Assembly (NCBI RefSeq): GCF_000018105.1
Contig: NC_009925.1
Span: 3,840,001-3,872,000, forward strand
DNA: 32,000 nt
Source: Acaryochloris marina MBIC11017
Lineage (GTDB): Bacteria; Cyanobacteriota; Cyanobacteriia; Thermosynechococcales; Thermosynechococcaceae
Reading direction: 5' to 3'
Shown: one piece after another, positions 9,337 to 16,906 of the stretch
Layout: every line of letters begins with the position of its first letter
How positions within the stretch are numbered: position 1 is the first letter of the stretch
Notes under the pieces: generated by a model
The model's database searches: none
What the model was told of the DNA's origin: nothing
The model's input: only the letters and a program-made list of their open reading frames with translations
Translations under genes and position numbers: made by a program

Positions 9337-9381
9337 TGATTCACAGTCCTCTGCGCATCAGAAATGGGTTTGCCAAGATTT

Positions 9382-9410
9382 ATTGTCGAATTTTCAGGGG
9401 CCTTTGTAAA
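9382..9410 (-). promoter_or_regulatory. Candidate sigma70-type promoter for psbQ
   Basis: On the minus strand the layout is TTTACA (9405-9410), a 17-nt spacer and GACAAT (9382-9387), about 45 nt upstream of the psbQ ATG. This is a sequence match only. Confidence 0.25.
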
Positions 9411-9526
9411 GCTAATCACCTGTAAAGCCCTGCTTTCGGGCTCTTGATTGTAAAGGTTTGTATTTTTTGGCAGGTCTTGCCCCTTAAAGATCGGTCTCTG
9501 CCAATTGCATCGGTTTCAATAAACGC

Positions 9527-12133
9527 CTAGGCTTCTGAAGGCTTGGATTTAGCTTCGAGATCGGCCAGCCGACTTTTTAGCTCTTGATTGGCTTGTTGGA
9601 GTTGCTGAACTTCTTCCTGTAAGGTGCTTAGAGCTTGATTGGATTTCACTCTAGCCTGCACTTTTTTGATGGATTCTTCGGCCATCCGTCGCACCCGACC
9701 ATCGGGGGTTTGGTTGGCTAAGGTTTTGAGGAGTGCTATTGCATTTGGCGTTTCCATTTGTCCCAGGGAAGCAGACACCGACACTTGGGTTAAAAAGAAG
9801 CTTTCCCCCACCAGCACCGAGAGCCGATCCAAAATGCGCTGCAGTTGTTCAGGAGATTGGCCAGTAGAGATACTGCCTAACGCACGAATGGCAGCAAGGC
9901 GTAACGGTTGCGGTGTTCCCGCTTCGGAATAGGCCAAAATTAAATCGAGGGCGGCAGTAGAGGTTTTCATTTGGCTAAGGGCACCAATGGCCCCAGAGCG
10001 CACCACTTCATTCCAGCCTGCCCGGCCTTTAAGGACTGATTTGAACAGTTTGATGACTTTAGTTTCTTTAGGTTTGGTGGTGAGAGTGGAGGCTGCGATC
10101 GCACCCACGGCTCGTAACGCACTCGCTTCCACGTAATAACTGGGGTCACCCTTTTCGGCTAAGGGTTTGATGGCTTTGTAACTTTCATCAGTTTTAAAGG
10201 TCGCCATGGCTTCCACGACCGCCCGACGAACTCTAGCATCCTGATCTTTCAGTCCGGGCTTGAGGGCGGGCAGCACCTGATCAAGCTTGATTTGAGCGAG
10301 CTGTTTGGCCACTTCGACCCGGACGCCCCAGAACCCATCGGTGGTCAGGGCTTCTCCTAAACTCTTGACGACTTCTAAACCCCCTTTTTTCGCCAAGGAC
10401 TGCGTGGCATAAATGCGAGAGAGGGGATCGGGGTCTTGCTTTAGTTGGGCCTTGAGTTCAGGCATCGGATATTCAAGGGAGACCTGCTTGAGATAGTGAT
10501 TGCCTTGATCGAAGCTAATAAATAAGGGTTTTTCGGGTAGACCGAAGTAAAAGCTCTGCTCCTGTTCATGGACTCGGACCGTAAAGGTTTGGAACTCCAC
10601 AGGTTGTTTACCTCGGTCATAGCCAAAGGCAATGGGCAGATTTAGATCAAACAGCTCTTTGGCGCTATTTTTATCTTTGGGATCAACCTGAGTTTGAGTG
10701 ACCGTTACTTTAGCCATCTGATGATCGGCATCCCAGCTATAGCCCAGCTTATATTCGGGGTGACCGCCCCGATAGACATACTGATCAAATAAGAAGAGCA
10801 GATTGCGACCGGTGGCTTTTTCGATGGCCCGCAGTAAATCAATGGTTTCTACGGTTTGGTGAGCATTGTCTTGGACAAAGGTATGGATAGCCCGCCAAAA
10901 CAGCTCGTCCCCCAACTCGGCCCGAATCATATGGTAGATACAGGCTCCTTTCTCATAGAGATGGCGGTCATACAGCTCAATCGCTTCTCGATAAACATGG
11001 GTGACGACGGGGCGACGATAGCGAGTACTGTCCTCATTGAAATAATTGCGTGCTTCTCGCAGCCGGTAATAGGCGGCATCCTCAGCCCCATACTCATGGT
11101 TGGTCCACATCACCTCGGAGTAAGAGGCCATGCCTTCCTTAATCCAGGCATGGGACCAATGCTTAATCACGACTAAATCGCCAAACCACTGGTGGGCCAA
11201 TTCATGGGCCACTAGACTTTCCGCCGCCCGATTATCGATGGCTGCCCGCTCATCCAACAAGCAGCGATCGGTCAGTAGGGTGGTGGAGGTATTTTCCATA
11301 CCCCCAAAAATAAAGTCATCCACACAGACCTGGGCATACTTGGGATAGGCGTAGGGGTAGCCGTAGTATTCACTAAAAAATTCGATCATCCGGGGCGTTT
11401 TGCCCATGGTTAGCTTGGCCTGATCTTCCCTCCCTTTTTCGACATAGTAGGTGACAGGTTTGCCCTGCCACTCATCGATAATTTCCGCAAACTGCCCCAC
11501 TGCCAGGGTCATTAAGTAAGTCGGATGAACTTCTCGCTGAAGCCAGTGGTAGATTTTTTGCTTACCGTCCACCTCAGTTTCGATTAGCTCTCCATTGGAG
11601 ATGGCCATATAGGCTTTGGGCACTCGCACTCGAATCTCTGAAGTGGCGAGTTGGCCGGGATAGTCAAAGCAGGGAAACCAAAACCGGGAGTCTTCATCTT
11701 CCCCTTGGGTCCAAACCTGGGTGGGTTTGTCGGGGTAATGTTCATCAGCCTGGACAAAGTAGAGACCGCGTTGAGGTTGGTGTACGGCGTATGAGATCGC
11801 AACCGTAAACACTTTTCCAGCCCTCGTCGGCTGTTTCAAATGAATCTGTAACTGCTCACCGTCATAGTCAAAGGGCTGTTTGGCACGGCCCACCTTGACG
11901 CCTTCAATCTGCAAATCCACCGCATCCAAAACCAAGGTCTTAATCCCACTGCGCACCGGGTTTAAGCGGATCTGACAGGTGCCACCAAAGGATTGACCAG
12001 GAATGTCTAAGGTTAGATCCAGAAAAATATGTTCGACTTGGCCTGGGCGATCGGGATTGTAGTGAGGCCGTGCCCCTGCCATTTCAAAGGACTTATGCTT
12101 TTTGGTCTCTGAATCAAAGAAAAGATGGGACAT
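9527..12133 (-). CDS. pepN: M1-family zinc aminopeptidase (aminopeptidase N-like) with C-terminal HEAT-like repeats
   Basis: The exopeptidase motif GGMEN and the zincin motif HELAHQWFGD-x18-E are both present. The C-terminal ~300 aa are helical HEAT-like repeats followed by a heptad coiled coil. ATG at 12133 is preferred over the adjacent GTG at 12136. Confidence 0.9.
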   Translation of the reverse strand: MSHLFFDSETKKHKSFEMAGARPHYNPDRPGQVEHIFLDLTLDIPGQSFGGTCQIRLNPVRSGIKTLVLDAVDLQIEGVKVGRAKQPFDYDGEQLQIHLKQPTRAGKVFTVAISYAVHQPQRGLYFVQADEHYPDKPTQVWTQGEDEDSRFWFPCFDYPGQLATSEIRVRVPKAYMAISNGELIETEVDGKQKIYHWLQREVHPTYLMTLAVGQFAEIIDEWQGKPVTYYVEKGREDQAKLTMGKTPRMIEFFSEYYGYPYAYPKYAQVCVDDFIFGGMENTSTTLLTDRCLLDERAAIDNRAAESLVAHELAHQWFGDLVVIKHWSHAWIKEGMASYSEVMWTNHEYGAEDAAYYRLREARNYFNEDSTRYRRPVVTHVYREAIELYDRHLYEKGACIYHMIRAELGDELFWRAIHTFVQDNAHQTVETIDLLRAIEKATGRNLLFLFDQYVYRGGHPEYKLGYSWDADHQMAKVTVTQTQVDPKDKNSAKELFDLNLPIAFGYDRGKQPVEFQTFTVRVHEQEQSFYFGLPEKPLFISFDQGNHYLKQVSLEYPMPELKAQLKQDPDPLSRIYATQSLAKKGGLEVVKSLGEALTTDGFWGVRVEVAKQLAQIKLDQVLPALKPGLKDQDARVRRAVVEAMATFKTDESYKAIKPLAEKGDPSYYVEASALRAVGAIAASTLTTKPKETKVIKLFKSVLKGRAGWNEVVRSGAIGALSQMKTSTAALDLILAYSEAGTPQPLRLAAIRALGSISTGQSPEQLQRILDRLSVLVGESFFLTQVSVSASLGQMETPNAIALLKTLANQTPDGRVRRMAEESIKKVQARVKSNQALSTLQEEVQQLQQANQELKSRLADLEAKSKPSEA

Positions 12134-12404
12134 CACATTACCTGCTGAGGATGGTGCTAGCTGAAGAGAACTGCCAGCAATGATTGGCTCTCGATCCAGC
12201 GTAGCGCTTTATTTGGTACTTAAGGGTTCAGCCATCTTAAAAGTCCTCCTAGCATCCATTACGGGGTACGCAGATACCTTCAAGGCATCATGGGGTTCTC
12301 CTCAGATCTCTTAACGGGTAATCATCTGAGCAGTATGATTCCTAAAATCGCCTCTGACTCTCCCCTCCCTGGGCATCCTAAGATTAGTACGCGATCAAAA
12401 TCAC

Positions 12405-13832
12405 TTGAACTTTTTAGATAACCGTTGTCATGTTCAGCCCCTCCATCACTGCCTGGCCGTGGGGGTGGCAGCTTTATTAGTGAGTTGTCACTCTACCCCT
12501 CTGACCTCACCCACGTTAATCGAACGTCCTGCTTTTTCTCAGCCTTCTTTTGTCGCGTCCATCTCTCAAGATCCTGGTGTAGTTCCAGAGCAGTACTTGC
12601 AGCGGTACCGACATATTCCTGATGCCGAGGCATGGCGGCAGGATCTTTACGAACACAAAGCGTTTGCCAAAATTGAAAAACGGGTCAACGAGGATTTACA
12701 AGCTGCAAGCCAGGATGAGCACAAGTCTAACTTTGTGATGCGTCTGTATGGGGCTCTCTCCGCATTTCCCAATCCCAAAAATGAATATACGCCGCAAGAC
12801 AAGCAAGACTATCTCCATCAAACAGCCGTTTTACAGGAATGGATGGCTGCCTACCCAGACTCCCATATTCCTTATCTAATCCAAGGGAAATTGCATGTAA
12901 AATACGCTTGGAAATTCCGAACGGGACAAGTTGCCCGCAAAGTCACGGAAGAAGGATGGCAGTTATTTCACTACTATTTACAAACAGCAGCCAGTGATTT
13001 TAGTGCCGCTAGCCAGCTCGATCCAAATGATCCAAATATCTGGAATGAACTCCTGCACCTAGCAGCTAGAACAAACCTAGATCCCTACACTCCAGAATAT
13101 TTCTTTGAACAAGGGCTGAACGCAAATCCCTATCATTCAGGATTGCACACGACTTATCTGCAAACCCTATATCCCCAATGGGGTGGCAGCGAAAAGCAGA
13201 TGCTGGCGTTCGCCAGAGCAGCCCATAAGAAGGGACAAGCCACCCAAAAGCCCATGCTAGGGAATGTTTTGCTTTTGGTAGCCCGAGAGATCGATCAGAA
13301 GGATGCAGTTCATCCCATTACCTGGTCAGAAATAGAAACGGTCTATCAAGAGATATTTGCCCAATATCCTGATTACTTGCGCATGAGGTATTACTACGCC
13401 CATGATGCGTTAGAGAGAGAAAAATTCGATGTAGCGATTCAGCAATTTGAAATCATTGGGGATCGGTGGACGACGAACACCCTATGGGACGATCTCAATG
13501 CATTTCACCGCTCTCGTGTCTTTGTATACTTCAAAGAGGCGGTTCAACTGTATAAGCAAGCAACTCAGCAGCATTATCAGGCCAATACAAGTAAAGAGCA
13601 TGAGCTAGTCTCTGAAGCTGAGAAAAGAGTGCTGAAAGCACTGGAATTATGGCCTCAAGCATCAGGATATCTATTCCTGGCTGGAATTCACGGCAATATC
13701 TACAAAGATATTCCTCAAGCCATTGATTTTGCCAATCAAGCTTTGGCTCTAAACCCCTCCCCAGCTGAACGGGAATATGCAGAAGATTTTATTCAGCAAG
13801 CGGAAGGCCTTTTGGCCAGGCAACGTCGATAA
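12405..13832 (+). CDS. TPR-like helical repeat protein, possible lipoprotein (DUF4034-like)
   Basis: 475-aa ORF. The only upstream start is the TTG at 12405, so the start is uncertain. The N-terminus AVGVAALLVSCHS resembles a lipobox. The middle section (AWKFRTGQVARKVTEEGWQLF ... YPQWGGSEKQMLAF) resembles DUF4034 as I remember it. The C-terminus is TPR-like. Confidence 0.6.
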   Translation: MNFLDNRCHVQPLHHCLAVGVAALLVSCHSTPLTSPTLIERPAFSQPSFVASISQDPGVVPEQYLQRYRHIPDAEAWRQDLYEHKAFAKIEKRVNEDLQAASQDEHKSNFVMRLYGALSAFPNPKNEYTPQDKQDYLHQTAVLQEWMAAYPDSHIPYLIQGKLHVKYAWKFRTGQVARKVTEEGWQLFHYYLQTAASDFSAASQLDPNDPNIWNELLHLAARTNLDPYTPEYFFEQGLNANPYHSGLHTTYLQTLYPQWGGSEKQMLAFARAAHKKGQATQKPMLGNVLLLVAREIDQKDAVHPITWSEIETVYQEIFAQYPDYLRMRYYYAHDALEREKFDVAIQQFEIIGDRWTTNTLWDDLNAFHRSRVFVYFKEAVQLYKQATQQHYQANTSKEHELVSEAEKRVLKALELWPQASGYLFLAGIHGNIYKDIPQAIDFANQALALNPSPAEREYAEDFIQQAEGLLARQRR

Positions 13833-13926
13833 GACGTACAGGGTGTTTGATGTCACCCATGCAAACGATTGCCCTTCTTGGTGAAGTCTGAATAAACGGC
13901 CATGAAGGGAAGTGTACCTGTATCTC

Positions 13927-16254
13927 TCATCGCGTTCTTTGCCCCAGAGACACTAAGACATTGAGTTTCCACAAGGGAACCCCTGCTCGTTTGGCGGCGG
14001 CTTCTCGGCTATAGCCTCGACGGAGGAGCTTAATGGCGTCTTGGGTTTTATTCCAGGTGGACCCATTGAGCACAATCTTACGGTTTTGGCGGGCGACGAC
14101 TAACCCACGGGTGACCAGCTGAGCTTCCTTCAGAGCAGCCGGTGAATATTTTGGCTTGGGGCTACTTTTAATCGCTACGCGTGGACGAGGTTGAGGGGGG
14201 CGGCTGACTACAGGCTTGCTAACTGGTCGTCGAGGACGAGTTGCTCGAGGTGGGGTAGGTCGGGCCGGTAGAGGAGGCAGAGGATTTTGCCGGAGCACCG
14301 CAGGTTCAGGAGAAAATGGGGGGGGATATGCAGCGATAAAAGGTAGGGGTGGTGCTGGTTTAACTTGAGCAGTTTTCTTGGGCTTTGCCTGGGAAACGGG
14401 TGGTTTAGGTCTGTTGGTCGGCACTTTGGCGACCGTGCTTCCAATCGCCACTGTTTTCAGGACTTGCTTGCCATTTAGATCGGTAGCTTGTAGGGTAATT
14501 GCCCCGGGTTGTTGGGGGTTCAGCTGGTACTTCATCGAGCCTGCTACGGGAATTTTGCCAGGGCTAGGTAAAATCGCAACGCTAGGATTATTGCCCCCCT
14601 CTACTTTCCAAGTCAAATTCACATGGTTTTGGCCTGGTTTTAAAACGTATTGTGCCGGCGCTTTTTGACCGTTAATGAGAAAGCTGGCAATTCTTAGATT
14701 TTCCGTTTGGACGTTCATTGGCCCAATGGTTTTGGACAAGGTGAACGGTTGCTGCTCTTGTTGGTAAGATGCCGTGATCTTGAAAAAATATTGTCCAGGT
14801 TTGCGGGCAGCCGTTGGCACATTCTGACAGGTCAACGTAGGTGTGAAGCGACAATATTTGCTCAAGGTCTCCGGCAGTTTGCCATTGCCTAAACGATACC
14901 GTTGTAACAAAGCCGCCTCAGCGTTGTTAGCGTCCACGGTCATAATTTGTACTTCTGTGAGTTGGCTAGGATTAGCAATTTCCCAGTTCAGCTTAATGGG
15001 GCCGGGCGTAGCGGCAGCCACAGGCCCTGAAGTCGATGCGTTGGTCCGAGACGCTGGTGCATAAAAGCGGGTAATAAGGGGGACCGCCTTGGGTTTAAAG
15101 GCGATTAAACCTGTGGTTTGGGTTGCGATTGGTTCGCTGGCATTATCACTGGAAAAAGCCTGTACCTTGAACTGGTATTTGCCAGGATTGGTGGTTCCTG
15201 TGGTAATGCCGGTACATGCTAAAACCCCTGTCTCGGGCTGTTCATATTCACAGAAATTGGAGTTTTGATTGAGGGGGCTTCGTTGCAATTCCTTGGGAAT
15301 TCCTTGATCAAACCGGAAGGTCTTGGCCACTTCAGATTGGCCTTGGTGTTCCCGCAGAATCACCACCTTTGAAAGCTGTTGGCTATTCTTGACAGTCCAG
15401 CTAAGTTGAATATCCTCTTGCCCAGTTTGGGGGACAATCGTTTGGCTAGACCGGAGGGCTGCGATGGCAGGTCCAGTAGGTTGACGCCAGATAAACTGCC
15501 ACAACAGGGCAGAAGATGTCCCTAGGGCTAATAGCAGTAGTCCCAGGAGTTTGAGGCCATGGGAACGAGGATAGGGCTGCCAAACTAACCCCGCTTGGGC
15601 TAGTAATTGCGGTAGTGGTATGCCATTGGTATCTTGCAAATCCACTTGAAATTGAAACTTGCGGCCCTTGCCAAGCCACGGTCTGAGCCACCATCGTCGG
15701 GGCTGAACCATCAGGTCTACTTTGCCAGTCTGATCAGGACCTAGATCCAGCTGGACAGGCTCTGCCTTGAAGGTTAAGCCGTTTCGAACAGGCAAGCCTG
15801 TGGGTTGCACCGTCAAGACTCTCTCAAATCGTGACGTATTAGTGATCAAGAGCTGGTATACGCCGACGCCATCCTTAACAAAGGTCAGATCTGGCGTGAG
15901 CATGATTTCAATATCATCGGCCACCAGAAATTGCAGATAGACTTGGTCTTCCCAGAGAATCCCTCCCTCTGAAGAGACTAACTGCAGCTTCAGTTGATGC
16001 TTGCCAATGGCGGCAACTTCAGTAGGGTGGATCAATACCTCAATTTGATTGGGATGGCCCGGATCTGCACTCATGGCGAGGGCACCCAATGTGTAGCAGT
16101 CTGAAGGCAGTTGACTTCCCTTGAGTTGATAGTCTTGTCCCTGACTCTCAATATTTTCTACTGTGAGGGTAATCAGTAGCTTGGTGCCTAATTTGAGTGC
16201 ATAGGGCTGATCTACGGCAGTAACCGGTGCAATCGTAACCTTAGGGGAAGTCAT
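13927..16254 (-). CDS. Large single-pass membrane protein: N-terminal beta-sandwich-like region, TM helix, tandem Cys-pair repeats, Pro/Arg-rich linker, C-terminal HTH-like module (function unknown)
   Basis: 775-aa ORF with ATG start. The hydrophobic segment LKLLGLLLLALGTSSALLWQFIW is aa 234-256. Repeats share the pattern I.L.W.(V/I).N..QL..V.I ... C ... L.C ... PG.Y.FK. Residues 611-702 are rich in P, R and K. The C-terminus reads LLRRGYSREAAAKRAGVPLWKLNVLVSLG. Confidence 0.8.
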   Translation of the reverse strand: MTSPKVTIAPVTAVDQPYALKLGTKLLITLTVENIESQGQDYQLKGSQLPSDCYTLGALAMSADPGHPNQIEVLIHPTEVAAIGKHQLKLQLVSSEGGILWEDQVYLQFLVADDIEIMLTPDLTFVKDGVGVYQLLITNTSRFERVLTVQPTGLPVRNGLTFKAEPVQLDLGPDQTGKVDLMVQPRRWWLRPWLGKGRKFQFQVDLQDTNGIPLPQLLAQAGLVWQPYPRSHGLKLLGLLLLALGTSSALLWQFIWRQPTGPAIAALRSSQTIVPQTGQEDIQLSWTVKNSQQLSKVVILREHQGQSEVAKTFRFDQGIPKELQRSPLNQNSNFCEYEQPETGVLACTGITTGTTNPGKYQFKVQAFSSDNASEPIATQTTGLIAFKPKAVPLITRFYAPASRTNASTSGPVAAATPGPIKLNWEIANPSQLTEVQIMTVDANNAEAALLQRYRLGNGKLPETLSKYCRFTPTLTCQNVPTAARKPGQYFFKITASYQQEQQPFTLSKTIGPMNVQTENLRIASFLINGQKAPAQYVLKPGQNHVNLTWKVEGGNNPSVAILPSPGKIPVAGSMKYQLNPQQPGAITLQATDLNGKQVLKTVAIGSTVAKVPTNRPKPPVSQAKPKKTAQVKPAPPLPFIAAYPPPFSPEPAVLRQNPLPPLPARPTPPRATRPRRPVSKPVVSRPPQPRPRVAIKSSPKPKYSPAALKEAQLVTRGLVVARQNRKIVLNGSTWNKTQDAIKLLRRGYSREAAAKRAGVPLWKLNVLVSLGQRTR

Positions 16255-16273
16255 GGGTGAGTCTCTTCGCAGA

Positions 16274-16303
16274 ATTAGAAAATGGTATGGGTCAACCTAT
16301 CAA
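16274..16303 (-). promoter_or_regulatory. Candidate promoter for the 775-aa gene
   Basis: On the minus strand the layout is TTGATA (16298-16303), an 18-nt spacer and TCTAAT (16274-16279), about 20 nt upstream of the ATG at 16254. This is a sequence match only. Confidence 0.25.
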
Positions 16304-16659
16304 GTTGACAAAAGCCTATATCAACTTTACTGACGCTATTAGCAGATAAGCAGACTGTATTCATTGAAATCACTGGTTGAATACAGGGTAGCGTGTCGGT
16401 ATAAAGATGGTTGGTGCAGATTGGCTGTAAGTAGTGCCAAATTCGATTATGACGGTCTGCTGTGTGTCTCTTTCACTCGTTCTGATACTACCGTAAGGGC
16501 GTTGGACCTGTCAGCCGTAGAATCTGGTGTAGAAGGCACTTAAACTATGAATTTTAATTATGTCCATCAAGGAATAAAGCAACGATGGATGCCCAAGATA
16601 TTCGATATAACTTAAATGCTTGTCCTGGAGTCAAACTCAATTTTCAGCTGAGATGGATA

Positions 16660-16690
16660 CAAAAAACAGTGGGTAAGAAAACTCACCCAC
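16660..16690 (-). terminator. Rho-independent terminator of psbI
   Basis: On the minus strand GTGGGTGAG-TTTT-CTTACCCAC forms a 9-bp stem with one mismatch (16669-16690). It is followed directly by TGTTTTTTG. A weaker AGCCA-CTTT-TGGCT hairpin with a TTTTAT tail lies closer to the stop, around 16715-16740. Confidence 0.7.
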
Positions 16691-16748
16691 CGACATCACA
16701 CAAAAGATAATCTTATAAAAGAGCCAAAAGTGGCTTGGTATAACTGAC

Positions 16749-16853
16749 TTAAGCTTTGGGGTTGCGAGTGGTGTCACTCGAAATGAAACCAAAGAAGAAC
16801 AGAGAAATAACGAAGATAATCCAAGCGTAAGTAACGAATTTGAGGATTGCCAT
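16749..16853 (-). CDS. psbI: Photosystem II reaction centre protein I (PsbI)
   Basis: This gene is not in the ORF track because it has only 34 codons. Hand translation gives MAILKFVTYAWIIFVISLFFFGFISSDTTRNPKA*. It matches the conserved PsbI core (LK..VY....F.SLF.FGF.SSDPTRNP). ATG is at 16851-16853 and TAA at 16749-16751. Confidence 0.85.
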   Translation of the reverse strand: MAILKFVTYAWIIFVISLFFFGFISSDTTRNPKA

Positions 16854-16906
16854 AGTGACCTATTTTACCGGTAGAATAGACAGCAATTAAAACTTAATCT
16901 TTATTA

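Noticed and set aside
9406-9419. GTA-N8-CAC near-match to the NtcA site GTA-N8-TAC upstream of psbQ
   Set aside because: One of the six critical bases is wrong. There is no properly spaced -10 element about 22 nt downstream. psbQ is not a known nitrogen-regulated target to my knowledge.
14208-15694. Several 60-96-aa ORFs on both strands inside the 775-aa gene
   Set aside because: All are nested in a much longer ORF with clear repeat structure. Their translations are Pro/Arg-rich or otherwise featureless by-products of the Pro-rich linker.
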